Source: Rhodospirillales bacterium (lineage in GTDB: Bacteria > Pseudomonadota > Alphaproteobacteria > Rhodospirillales > UBA2165). From it: 64,000 nucleotides of DNA. Numbering within the stretch: position 1 is the first letter of the stretch; each line of letters begins with the position of its first letter. The notes beneath the pieces were generated by a model. That model did not search any database. It saw only the letters and a list, made by a program, of their open reading frames with translations, and was not told the origin of the DNA. Where the stretch lies: contig JAOMCN010000006.1 of the NCBI GenBank assembly GCA_028345065.1, positions 9,941-73,940 on the forward strand, written 5' to 3'. Of the stretch, positions 1 to 9,347 are shown one piece after another. Made by a program: the position numbers and the translations under genes.

Positions 1-1215
1 GCGGATGTCAGAACTATCGATTACATTTATCTCAACATGTTGGCCAACTCGTGACAACTCCGGGCGTCCCCCACGATGGGCCTCAGAAATAAAATCGCCC
101 ACTTGGTAAACTTGTACGGAGCGGGAAAATCCTTTGGGCGTGATCTTATCAATAGGTTTGCAACTTACGTGGCTATGAACCAGGCCGTGGGTATTTTCGT
201 CTATTAGGATTGCGCCCGGATCTGCTATACCCTGCAACCTTGCTGCAAGGTTAACCGGGCGACCCAGAGCTGTATAGTCGAGACGTTGCTCCGAACCAAA
301 GTTGCCAACAGTGCAGTAGCCTGTAGCAATCCCCATACGGACATTTACTTCTTGCGTGACACCGTGACTTTGCCAGTACTTCTGAAGTTCTGCAACACGG
401 ATGCGCATACGGACCGCCATTTCTACACACTTGAGAGAATCTTCTACCTCCCCATTACTTTCTGGATCCCCAAAGAATACCAGAATGGCATCTCCAATGA
501 ACTTGTCGATTGTCCCGCCGCAGTCGATTGCTATTGAGGACATTTCAGATAAATAGGAATTAATGACCGTCGCAAGACGTTCAGGCTCTAAAATATCAGT
601 AAGGTCAGTGAACTTGACAATATCCGAAAAAAAAATGGTAAGGTTTTTTCGCGCATAGGCAGCGCGTGTCTCTTCAATATCCGAGAAGATACTCTGGTAG
701 ATCTGCGGCGAAAGGTATTTTGCCAAGCGGTGTGCTAAATTCTCGAGCCGACGGCTATTTTCCTCAATGATTTCTTGATCGCGTATTTTTTGCTCAAGAA
801 GTTCTTCTCTCTCATTCCGGAGGCTCCACTCGGCAGTTCGGTCGATAAACTGACCTTGAATGCAATTGAGATAAGTAAAAGAATCGTCATTCGTGCGCGT
901 TGATAAAAGGGAGTAAACACGCTCTTCGTTGTCAACTTGAATATGGATGGATGGTATTTGAACGAACCCTTTACTCTCAATGTCAGAGATGAATTGCGTA
1001 ATTTGTTCACCTGATACACCAAGTTGCGCGAGCACGTCCGGAAAATATGCGTTAGTTACGTTACCAAGGACTGGAAAGAACTTACGAAAGTTTTCATTTA
1101 CCCTTAAAATTTGCAAATCATTGTTAGCTAAATATGCTGCCGTGATAGCGTTACGGAAATTGAAAAAGCTAAGATCTATTATGTTGTTCTTATTAAAAAA
1201 CTCCTCCAAATTCAT
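1..1215 (-). CDS. Class III adenylate/guanylate cyclase with N-terminal sensor-like region; 3' end runs off the window
   Basis: Absent from the ORF track because no stop lies inside the window. My reverse-strand translation from the ATG at 1215 stays open for 405 codons to position 1. It reads RKNLTIFFSDIVKFTDL...GGTIDKFIGDAILVFFGDP...VRMGIATGYCTVGNFGS..RLDYTALGRPVNLAARLQ, which are CYCc catalytic motifs. These follow about 190 aa of sensor-like plus coiled-coil sequence. Confidence 0.85.
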   Translation of the reverse strand, partial: MNLEEFFNKNNIIDLSFFNFRNAITAAYLANNDLQILRVNENFRKFFPVLGNVTNAYFPDVLAQLGVSGEQITQFISDIESKGFVQIPSIHIQVDNEERVYSLLSTRTNDDSFTYLNCIQGQFIDRTAEWSLRNEREELLEQKIRDQEIIEENSRRLENLAHRLAKYLSPQIYQSIFSDIEETRAAYARKNLTIFFSDIVKFTDLTDILEPERLATVINSYLSEMSSIAIDCGGTIDKFIGDAILVFFGDPESNGEVEDSLKCVEMAVRMRIRVAELQKYWQSHGVTQEVNVRMGIATGYCTVGNFGSEQRLDYTALGRPVNLAARLQGIADPGAILIDENTHGLVHSHVSCKPIDKITPKGFSRSVQVYQVGDFISEAHRGGRPELSRVGQHVEINVIDSSDIR

Positions 1216-1235
1216 TATTCCCTGCGCTCCTCTAA

Positions 1236-1502
1236 TTAAGAGTGCGGATGTGCACTCCGGCGCCACTGCGCAAGTTTACCCGTTACCGCGCCCCAAGTAG
1301 TTACACAATAGGGAACGCAATATGTAAGAATTATCTTCCACGATGCCGGCATTGATCCGTCCAAAATAATATCTCCGTGATTAATAGAAATTAAAATACT
1401 TCCCACAACCAATGCAGTCAGGATCGCCTTTTTCGGAGTGCCATCACCAAAAATCATCTGTAAAATTGGGGGCGGTGATGAGGCATGTTCCATAATAGAC
1501 AT
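1236..1502 (-). CDS. NrtS-like small membrane protein (putative nitrate/nitrite transporter family)
   Basis: 88-aa hydrophobic ORF. The segment ALVVGSILISINHGD...LTYCVPYCVTTWGAV matches the short NrtS family as I recall it. The true start may be an internal Met. Confidence 0.5.
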   Translation of the reverse strand: MSIMEHASSPPPILQMIFGDGTPKKAILTALVVGSILISINHGDIILDGSMPASWKIILTYCVPYCVTTWGAVTGKLAQWRRSAHPHS

Positions 1503-1871
1503 CTATAGATCCTTCTAATTAAATTTAAATCGTTACGGGAGAAATAATGACCCCTAAGAAAAACCTTAAGTTGGCAATTTCAAATTTTTATAGGTAAATA
1601 CTTAAATATTAATTTCCCATTTAAATCCGTATCTTACAGCGAAGTGACCACCATTTATGAGTTAAAGACTCAGTAGCCCCTGTGATACGCAATCTCTCTT
1701 ACGTTAAAAATTACACCCTTTCAACAACCTTATAAAAAGTCCTCGATCGGGAGGATCAGAATTCTCTGATGAACTGGATTTAAGGTTAATTCAGGATAAA
1801 AATTTGAGTTGCTTGCGGTTATGACAAGACACTACTAGTTTTCTTCTACAACTATTACTGGAGAATTTTTA

Positions 1872-2735
1872 ATGGATTGGTCGGAACGTCGATCCCGTTT
1901 CAGAGAGCTGTTGGAAGGCGACGAATGTTTGCAACCGGCGTCAGTCTATGACCCCATTTCCGCTCGTATCGCCGAGAATTTAGGATTCAAAATTGGCATG
2001 TTCGCCGGCTCCGTCGCCTCTTTTACAGTGTTAGGGGCACCAGACTTGATTCTTCTAACCTTGAGGGAATTTTCAGATCAAGCCTACCGTATATGCAGAG
2101 CCGGAAACCTTGCTCTCTTGGTTGATGCAGACAATGGCTACGGTAACGCATTAAACGTCCGCCGGACAGTGGAGGAACTAGAAACTGCTGGGGTCTGTGG
2201 GATGACCATTGAAGATACAGATCTGCCGCATCGCTTTGGTTCGGAAGGCTCGCCAAGCCTTATTTCCATCGACGAAGGCATTGGTAAGATGAAGGCTGCG
2301 TTAGATGCACGTCAAGATCCGAAGCTGGTCATTGCGGGACGCACCAGCGCACCCGCTACAACAGGTATCGATGACGCTATTATTCGTGCTAAAGCCTATG
2401 AAGCCATTGGCGTGGATGCTATTTTTTTTACAGGTGTTAAGACCCGTGAGCAGCTAGAGGCACTCTCTACAAGCGTCCACATTCCTATATTTCTTGGCAG
2501 CACGCCGGAGGAACTTGCAGACTTTGATTATTTGTCGGCAAGCAAGGTACGTGTTGCCCTTCAAGGGCACTTACCCTTCATGGCGGCAGTTAAATCAGTT
2601 TATGATACTTTAAAATCACTAAAAGATGGTGCCCCTCCGGCAGAATTGTCTGGCACTTTTTCACAAGATCTAATGAAAAAGGTTACCCGCAATGAAGAAT
2701 ATCAACAATGGATAAATGAGTACCTTACTAAATAG
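1872..2735 (+). CDS. Isocitrate lyase/PEP mutase superfamily protein (oxaloacetate decarboxylase / methylisocitrate lyase-like)
   Basis: 287-aa ORF with SVYDPISARIAE...LLVDADNGYGNALNVRRTVEELETAGVCGMTIEDT, typical of the ICL/PEPM fold. Confidence 0.75.
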   Translation: MDWSERRSRFRELLEGDECLQPASVYDPISARIAENLGFKIGMFAGSVASFTVLGAPDLILLTLREFSDQAYRICRAGNLALLVDADNGYGNALNVRRTVEELETAGVCGMTIEDTDLPHRFGSEGSPSLISIDEGIGKMKAALDARQDPKLVIAGRTSAPATTGIDDAIIRAKAYEAIGVDAIFFTGVKTREQLEALSTSVHIPIFLGSTPEELADFDYLSASKVRVALQGHLPFMAAVKSVYDTLKSLKDGAPPAELSGTFSQDLMKKVTRNEEYQQWINEYLTK

Positions 2736-2975
2736 TAACTTTATGCCGGCTCAGAGTAATTCCTAACGATCATAGTCCGGGACAAAACGAAAATATTCGA
2801 GATTTTGCCAATTGTGAGCCCTAGTTATGTCCTCTTAGTATTGTCATCATCCGGAGCGCGCTTTAATATTGCTTGGAATTCGCGCAACGATTATAACCAT
2901 CTCTCGGCGCAGCCTTGACCCGATCAAATTACAAGGCTGGGACGGAACCAGACTTGTAGTCAGGGAGACCTATCT

Positions 2976-3116
2976 ATGCAGCCCGTACCGAAATGTCTAG
3001 CCGGACCCTTCAATTTGGTGGGATGGTACAGCCGGGATTACGTCCGCTCTTGTGGTGGCAAAAGCAACCAAGACATTGGTCCTTTCGTTGATAATAACCG
3101 GCTAACAATGGGGTAA
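2976..3116 (+). CDS. Candidate 46-codon small ORF directly upstream of aprM
   Basis: ATG at 2976 lies 7 nt after AGGGAGA. The frame stays open to TAA at 3114-3116, which sits inside the GGGGTAAG stretch just before the aprM start. Peptide: MQPVPKCLAGPFNLVGWYSRDYVRSCGGKSNQDIGPFVDNNRLTMG. It is below the ORF-track size cutoff and I recognise no homology. Confidence 0.25.
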   Translation: MQPVPKCLAGPFNLVGWYSRDYVRSCGGKSNQDIGPFVDNNRLTMG

Positions 3117-3120
3117 GTTG

Positions 3121-3906
3121 ATGTTCACTATCAATCCTTTTGCGGAGCTTTCGTCATTCATACCGCCCATTATCATGCAAACGTATATCGTCGTCATGAT
3201 ATTCATGGTCGCGGGTGGCACGCTATTTGATATCATTCATAAGAAGAGTGCCCTGTACTTCTTCCGCAATTGGCGGAATTCAAATGGTAGGGCGACGCGG
3301 CAAATCGGCAGCAGCAAGATGACGTCCTTGGCTATCCAGACCGCCGTGGTGGAGGTCCTGGCGTCCGGTGAATTCTGCAACATGAGGCGTAGAATTGCCC
3401 ATATCTTGACGTTCTACGGCTTTCTAGTTTACATCGTCACCACCGTCATCCTGGTATTCTCGTACCCAACTCCCGCCACGCCGGCTCCTGTTATCCTGCC
3501 GATACTGTGGTACATTGGGGGCCTGATAACCCTCGTTGGTGGTTACTGGTTCTGGTTCTTTATCAGGGTCGACGTCGCCGCTGAGGGCAATTCGCCATTC
3601 CGCTTGGTGCGGGCGGACCTGTTCGTCGTTTCGCTTCTAGTGAGCGTGACGGTGGGTTTGGTGTGGGCGTATGTACAGGCGACGGGGAGCCCCACATGGG
3701 CAAACGTGTTCCTTTCTCTATACATCCTCTCTACGACGGTGTTCTTCGGATCGGTTCCCTGGTCCAAGTTCTCTCACATGTTCTACAAGCCTGCAGCGGC
3801 CTTCCAGAAAAGGGTCGAGCAAGCGAGTGGTTCGAGCAATCTGCCTGATCCCGCCGACAGTCCCGAAATTTATGGCAGCTCGGGCCAACAGCCTCGAAAT
3901 TTCTAG
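3121..3906 (+). CDS. aprM: Adenylylsulfate reductase membrane anchor, AprM-like
   Basis: Five hydrophobic helices and a C-terminal SKFSHMFYKP motif of the NarI/HdrE-like type. It sits immediately 5' of aprB-aprA, as in known aprMBA loci. The ATG at 3121 is preferred over the TTG at 3118. Confidence 0.65.
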   Translation: MFTINPFAELSSFIPPIIMQTYIVVMIFMVAGGTLFDIIHKKSALYFFRNWRNSNGRATRQIGSSKMTSLAIQTAVVEVLASGEFCNMRRRIAHILTFYGFLVYIVTTVILVFSYPTPATPAPVILPILWYIGGLITLVGGYWFWFFIRVDVAAEGNSPFRLVRADLFVVSLLVSVTVGLVWAYVQATGSPTWANVFLSLYILSTTVFFGSVPWSKFSHMFYKPAAAFQKRVEQASGSSNLPDPADSPEIYGSSGQQPRNF

Positions 3907-3949
3907 TCAACCAATAATTGCTCTTCAATACAGGAGATAATGCAATATT

Positions 3950-4411
3950 ATGCCTACTTTTGTTTATATGACGCGTTGCGACGGCTGCGGACACTGCGTG
4001 GATATCTGCCCGTCTGATATTATGCATATCGATACCACGTCCCGCCGGGCTTTTAACATTGAGCCTAATTTTTGCTGGGAGTGTTACTCGTGTGTGAAAG
4101 CGTGTCCGCAAAATGCTATAGACGTCCGCGGCTACGCTGACTTCGCTCCCCTGGGCCACAGTGTACGGGTGCGCAGGGAAGAAGAGAAGGGAACTATTTC
4201 TTGGAAGCTGAAGTTCCGGGACGGCCGCCAGAAGGACTTCGTTTCACCGATCAGGACCACGCCATGGGGGTCGATTAAATCACCATCCGATTACGAGGCA
4301 CCCGGCCCGGATGCCCTTAACGGCCAGGAACTTGCACACGAACCCGAGGCACTCAATATTGATGCTCTGCCTGCGCTAAGCCCGGGCCAACTCAAGCAAG
4401 GTTTGCCATAA
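3950..4411 (+). CDS. aprB: Adenylylsulfate (APS) reductase beta subunit, two [4Fe-4S] clusters
   Basis: MPTFVYMTRCDGCGHCVDICPSD...CWECYSCVKACPQNAI ferredoxin-type Cys motifs plus the AprB-specific C-terminal tail. Its stop overlaps the aprA start (ATAATG at 4408-4413). Confidence 0.9.
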   Translation: MPTFVYMTRCDGCGHCVDICPSDIMHIDTTSRRAFNIEPNFCWECYSCVKACPQNAIDVRGYADFAPLGHSVRVRREEEKGTISWKLKFRDGRQKDFVSPIRTTPWGSIKSPSDYEAPGPDALNGQELAHEPEALNIDALPALSPGQLKQGLP

Positions 4412-6255
4412 TGGGCCTGTTTACACGCAGAAAAACGATCTTCGTGGATTCAGATATCCTCGTCATCGGTGGCGGCTTTAGCGGATGTGGGGCGGCGTAC
4501 GAATCCAGGTACTGGGGGCGCGACAAAAAGGTTGTCGTCGTCGAAAAGGCGAACATCGAGCGCAGCGGCGCCGTCGCTCAAGGGCTGTATGCCATCAACT
4601 GCTACATGGGCATGCAATGGGACGAGAACCAGCCTGAGGATCATGTCCGCTACGCCCGGAACGACCTCATGGGTCTGGTGCGAGAGGATCTAGGCTACGA
4701 TATTGCCCGCCATGTCGACTCCACAGTGCATAAGTTCGAGGAGTGGGGTCTGCCAATCATGAAGGACGAGGAAACCGGCAGGTACCAGCGTGAGGGTAAG
4801 TGGCAAATCATGATCCATGGCGAGAGCTACAAGCCAATCATCGCGGAGGCTGCCCGTAAAGCCGCCACCGAGGTCTACAACCGGATCATGGTTACCCACC
4901 TGCTGATGGATAAGACGCGGCCTAACAGAATTGCCGGAGCCGTCGGCTTCAACGTTCGTGATGGGAATTTCTACGTATTCCGATCCAAGGCAGTCGTCAT
5001 AGCTGCTGGTGGCGCGTCGCACATCTTCAAGCCCCATTCGGTCGGCGAGGGCATGGGGCGGACCTGGTACGCACCGTGGAGCAGCGGCTCCGCTTACGCG
5101 CTGCCGATCCAAGTCGGCGCCAAGATGACGCAAATGGAAAACCGCATCGTCCTCACCCGTTTCAAGGACGGCTATGGTCCGGTCGGTGCCTACTTCCTGC
5201 ATCTCAAAACCACTACCGAAAACGCATATGGTAAAAACTACGAGCCCACCTGGTACGACTCAATCAAAGAATTGGTTGGAGATTACGTAGATCATCACCC
5301 GGTACCGACCTGCCTCAGGAACCACGCCTTCCTGCAAGAGGTCAAGGCCGGCAGAGGCCCTATCCGGATGGTTACAAAAGAGGCCTTCAAGGATCCACAC
5401 AAGGAGCAAGTTGGCTGGGAAAACTTCCTTGGCATGACGATCGGGCAGGCCGTCGTCTGGGCATCGCAGAATATCGACCCCAAGGAAACCAATCCCGAGT
5501 TGGTCATGTCCGAACCCTACGTCATGGGCTCACACGCTACCTGTTCAGGTGCCTGGGCGAGCGGTCCGGAGGACTACGCTCCCTCTGAATATCAGTGGGG
5601 ATACAACCGGATGATGACTGTTGACGGCCTCTTCGGTGCCGGCGACGCCATCGGCGGTACCGCCCACAAGTTCTCTTCAGGATCCTTCACCGAAGGTCGG
5701 ATCGCCGGTAAAGCTGCGGTCAAGTATGTTAACGATCTGGGTAACGACCAACCTGAGATCAGTGAAACGGAGTACGAAAATCTCAAGGCGGTGGTCTACC
5801 AACCCATGGAGAACTACGAGGTCGGTCGTAATGAAATCACCGCTGGAACAGTTTCGCCGAGCTATATCCTACCCATTCATGGCCTTCAGCGCCTCGAGAA
5901 GATCATGGACGAGTATGTCGGTGGCACCAGCACCAACTACGTCACCAATGAACCGATGCTCACCCGCGGGATGGAGTTGCTAAGCATGTTGAAGGAAGAC
6001 CTCAACCACATCGGGGCCGAAGACCTTCACCAGCTTCAGCGGGCGTGGGAGCTGCAACATCGGGTGTTGACCTCAGAGTGTGTAGCTCAACACACTATGT
6101 ACAGGACGGAAACACGATGGCCGGGGTATTATTATCGGGCCGATCATCCGAAGCTGGATGATGATGATTGGCATTGCTTTACTCTTTCCCGTTACGATCC
6201 CGCATCTGGCGAGCGGAAAATGGAAAAGGCCCCGGTGTATCACATTATTGACTAG
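4411..6255 (+). CDS. aprA: Adenylylsulfate (APS) reductase alpha (FAD) subunit
   Basis: 614 aa. N-terminal FAD fold DILVIGGGFSGCGAAYE, then ...AAGGASHIF...FGAGDAIGG. The length and motifs match the AprA / fumarate reductase flavoprotein family. Confidence 0.9.
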   Translation: MGLFTRRKTIFVDSDILVIGGGFSGCGAAYESRYWGRDKKVVVVEKANIERSGAVAQGLYAINCYMGMQWDENQPEDHVRYARNDLMGLVREDLGYDIARHVDSTVHKFEEWGLPIMKDEETGRYQREGKWQIMIHGESYKPIIAEAARKAATEVYNRIMVTHLLMDKTRPNRIAGAVGFNVRDGNFYVFRSKAVVIAAGGASHIFKPHSVGEGMGRTWYAPWSSGSAYALPIQVGAKMTQMENRIVLTRFKDGYGPVGAYFLHLKTTTENAYGKNYEPTWYDSIKELVGDYVDHHPVPTCLRNHAFLQEVKAGRGPIRMVTKEAFKDPHKEQVGWENFLGMTIGQAVVWASQNIDPKETNPELVMSEPYVMGSHATCSGAWASGPEDYAPSEYQWGYNRMMTVDGLFGAGDAIGGTAHKFSSGSFTEGRIAGKAAVKYVNDLGNDQPEISETEYENLKAVVYQPMENYEVGRNEITAGTVSPSYILPIHGLQRLEKIMDEYVGGTSTNYVTNEPMLTRGMELLSMLKEDLNHIGAEDLHQLQRAWELQHRVLTSECVAQHTMYRTETRWPGYYYRADHPKLDDDDWHCFTLSRYDPASGERKMEKAPVYHIID

Positions 6256-6267
6256 AACTAGGGCTTA

Positions 6268-7065
6268 ATGACCATGATCATCGCCCAGATTACAGACACT
6301 CATCTCTCTGACGTCGACGCGGCGGATCCTAAATTCAGCGCGCGGGCGGAGAATTTGCGCGCATGCATCGCCGACATTAACGACCTTGACCCCTTGCCCG
6401 ACGCCGTCATCCACACCGGGGATATAACCCAGCATGGACGGGCGGCGGAATTTGATCACGCCCGGGCGCTTCTTCAGTCTTTGGAAGCGCCGCTCTATGT
6501 TACACCCGGTAATCGCGACGGCCGGGAGGGTGTAATACGGGCTTTTACCGTCGACGGATATTTCATGCCTGATTACGCATTCGTCCATTATGCCATCGAT
6601 GAGCATCCAGTAAGACTGGTCGCCGTAGACTCCCTTGGCAACGGGATCGGGCCCAAGGGTGATTTTTGCCACGATCGCCTAGCGGCGCTGGATGCTACCC
6701 TGGCGGAGGCTCCGGCTCGGCCGACTGTTTTATTCATGCATCACCCGCCGTTTGACGTGCCGACTGCTCCCGATCCATTTGCCTACCAGCGCCGTCAGGC
6801 GGTTGTTGACCTGGCGACGGTAGTTTCTCGACACAAGCAAGTGATCCACATTTTTGCCGGCCACATGCACCGACCCTGGACAGCAATGCTAGGAGGCGTC
6901 AAAGCCAGCACGGTGCCCAGCGTCGCGTCAGACCTCCGCTATGGCAGCTATCTGCCGACGATGGCTACACAGCCGGTCTACCAAATTCACCAGTTTGACG
7001 GCGATGAAGGTTTTGTCAACGAGCCCCGCCTGCCTGGTTCGGGCGTAGGCTATCCAAATACGTAA
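6268..7065 (+). CDS. Calcineurin-like metallophosphoesterase (CpdA/GpdQ-like)
   Basis: Motifs in order: DTHL, HTGDITQHG, PGNRDG (Arg where GNHD/E normally has His), MHHPP, AGHMHRP. It starts 12 nt after the aprA stop on the same strand and has the same high G+C. Confidence 0.8.
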   Translation: MTMIIAQITDTHLSDVDAADPKFSARAENLRACIADINDLDPLPDAVIHTGDITQHGRAAEFDHARALLQSLEAPLYVTPGNRDGREGVIRAFTVDGYFMPDYAFVHYAIDEHPVRLVAVDSLGNGIGPKGDFCHDRLAALDATLAEAPARPTVLFMHHPPFDVPTAPDPFAYQRRQAVVDLATVVSRHKQVIHIFAGHMHRPWTAMLGGVKASTVPSVASDLRYGSYLPTMATQPVYQIHQFDGDEGFVNEPRLPGSGVGYPNT

Positions 7066-7211
7066 CCCGGATGGTTTAAACGTATTTAATTGCCACCCAT
7101 GTTTTCAGTTAAATTGTTGGTGAAATAAAGCTCGGCTGACGTATCCATTGATGAAATTCCTGACGACTTAACATTCCTATCCGCCTGCGGTGATGCTGAG
7201 AATCCGGAATT

Positions 7212-7679
7212 TTATGTGCGCCCCCAATCCCCCACGGTCTGGTAGAATTTGTCCATTTCCACGAATGCTGAAATAGCTTCTTCCGGGATGGTTTTTCCGG
7301 CATATTCGAAAGCGTCAAAACCGCAACGGAGCATGAACTGAAGTTGATCGCGAAGCACCTCGCCTACCGCACGCAATTCGCCCTTATAATGATACCTTTC
7401 CCGCAGCATTCTCGCGGTTGAATAAGAGCGCCCGTCTTTAAAAATGGGAAATTCCAATGCTATAAGATCAAAGTGCGCTAAATCATCGGATATCATTTCG
7501 GCCCCTTCCGCACTTTTCAATCGAATGCCAAGCGGTTCTTGGCGCTCCATCAATAGTTTACGTTCTGACTGCCAACGTTTAAGCGAGACAATTACCTTGC
7601 CCTCCGCAGATAGCGGTGTATCGTCATCTAAATGGTTCCAACTGTCCCGAATAATAATGTTATTTTTAATTAGTGACAT
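7212..7679 (-). CDS. DUF934-family protein linked to alphaproteobacterial sulfite reductase
   Basis: MSLIKNNIII...FPIFKDGRSYSTARMLRERYHYKGELRAVGEVLRDQL matches DUF934 as I recall it. I chose the ATG at 7679; it overlaps the cysI stop by 14 nt. The longer track ORF (to 7790) would run deep into cysI. Confidence 0.75.
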   Translation of the reverse strand: MSLIKNNIIIRDSWNHLDDDTPLSAEGKVIVSLKRWQSERKLLMERQEPLGIRLKSAEGAEMISDDLAHFDLIALEFPIFKDGRSYSTARMLRERYHYKGELRAVGEVLRDQLQFMLRCGFDAFEYAGKTIPEEAISAFVEMDKFYQTVGDWGRT

Positions 7680-9321
7680 AGAGATTTTCCTTAAAAGGTT
7701 GCTTGCCAACACGCCGGTAGGCATCAATAAAACTCTCATTTTTCGCGCGTAAATCGACATAGGTTTCGACAACTCTCTCAATGGCATCAACTACTTCATC
7801 ATAGGGGATTGCCGGTCCAATAATCTCTCCAATACTTGCATTTTCGTCGGCGCTGCCGCCAATGGTGACCTGGTAGTATTCTTCACCCTTACGATCGACG
7901 CCCAACAAACCAATATGGCCTACGTGGTGGTGGCCGCACGCGTTTATACAGCCGGAAATGTTCACACTTAATTCGCCAATATCATTTTGGCGCCTAAGGT
8001 TAGAAAAACGATTGCTAATATCCTGAGCTAAAGGAATTGAACGGGCAGTCGCTAGACTGCAATAATCCATCCCGGGGCAAGCGATGATATCGCTTATCAA
8101 TCCAAGATTTGGCGTTGCCAGATTATGCTCCTTGAGGGTATTCCAAATACTATAAAGATCAGTCTGTTTCACATGTGGTAAGACCAAATTCTGTTCATGT
8201 GCCACACGTATCTCCCCAAAACTAAATTTCTCAGCAAGGTCAGCTACCACCTCCATTTGTTTCGCGCTAGCGTCACCTGGGATGCCACCAATAGGTTTCA
8301 GTGAGATGTTAGCAATTGAATAACCAGATTGCCTGTGCGGCAAAGTATTGCCCCGTACCCAATGGGAAAAATCTTGATTTTCGAACTTGAGATGAGAGAA
8401 ACCCGCGTCATTTTTAGGCAAACTTTGGTAAGGCAGGGGAGCAAAAAATGCCCTTATGCGTTCATATTCACCCACAGGTAAATCGATTGCAGTGTCTCGT
8501 ATTGTTTTCCACTCCTTCTCGACCCGGCGAGTGAATTCCTTCGCACCTAATTCATGTATCACTATTTTAATACGGGCTTTGTAGATATTATCTCGTCGCC
8601 CAATCTGGTTATAAATACGAAGGATTGATTCCAGATAAGATAATAAACACTGTTGCGGCAGAAATTCACGAATGGTTACCCCGACTATCGGTGTGCGACC
8701 CAATCCGCCACCAACAATCACCTCGTAGCCCATTTCGCCGGCCTCGTTAATTTTTATTATCAGGCCGATATCGTGTACGCGTACCGCGGCACGGTCTCGT
8801 TTCGAACCGGTAACGGCAATCTTAAATTTTCGGGGAAGGAATGAAAACTCGGGGTGTAAAGTCGACCACTGGCGCACCACTTCCGCTGTAATACGGGGAT
8901 CAGCTATTTCTTCAACTGCAACACCGGCATACTGGTCTGCTGTGACATTGCGAATACAGTTCCCACTTGTCTGAAACGCATGCATTTGAACATCAGCTAA
9001 ATCGGCCAAAATATCAGGCGTCTCCTTCAACTTTGGCCAATTAAATTGCAGGTTTTGGCGAGTTGTAAAATGTCCGTATCCTTTGTCATAGCGGACTGCA
9101 ATATGAGCTAGCGCTCGCATCTGCTTTGATGACAACGTCCCGTAGGGAATAGCTACCCGCAACATGTAGGCATGCAACTGAAGATACAATCCGTTCATTA
9201 GCCTCAGCGGCTTGAACTCTTCCTCATTAAGTTCCCCTGACAGGCGTCGACGAACCTGATCACGGAATTGTTGCACACGTTGATTAACGAGACTTTGATC
9301 TACAAGATTATACACATACAT
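7666..9321 (-). CDS. cysI: Assimilatory sulfite reductase hemoprotein (nitrite/sulfite reductase, siroheme/[4Fe-4S])
   Basis: 551 aa with TTRQNLQFNW, ...QTSGNCIRNVT... and the Cys cluster ACPGMDYCSLA...SGCINACGHHHVGHIGLLG. Confidence 0.85.
   Translation of the reverse strand: MYVYNLVDQSLVNQRVQQFRDQVRRRLSGELNEEEFKPLRLMNGLYLQLHAYMLRVAIPYGTLSSKQMRALAHIAVRYDKGYGHFTTRQNLQFNWPKLKETPDILADLADVQMHAFQTSGNCIRNVTADQYAGVAVEEIADPRITAEVVRQWSTLHPEFSFLPRKFKIAVTGSKRDRAAVRVHDIGLIIKINEAGEMGYEVIVGGGLGRTPIVGVTIREFLPQQCLLSYLESILRIYNQIGRRDNIYKARIKIVIHELGAKEFTRRVEKEWKTIRDTAIDLPVGEYERIRAFFAPLPYQSLPKNDAGFSHLKFENQDFSHWVRGNTLPHRQSGYSIANISLKPIGGIPGDASAKQMEVVADLAEKFSFGEIRVAHEQNLVLPHVKQTDLYSIWNTLKEHNLATPNLGLISDIIACPGMDYCSLATARSIPLAQDISNRFSNLRRQNDIGELSVNISGCINACGHHHVGHIGLLGVDRKGEEYYQVTIGGSADENASIGEIIGPAIPYDEVVDAIERVVETYVDLRAKNESFIDAYRRVGKQPFKENLYVTN
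7811..7860 (-). repeat. Repeat copy inside cysI that matches the cysG leader (11122-11175)
   Basis: 25 nt are identical (7820-7844 versus 11133-11157, ataatctctccaatacttgcatttt). After a 1-nt indel, 15 of the next 16 nt match (tcggcgc[t/c]gccgcc). Confidence 0.9.
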
Positions 9322-9347
9322 CCGAATTTACCTCTCAAGTTTAAGCA

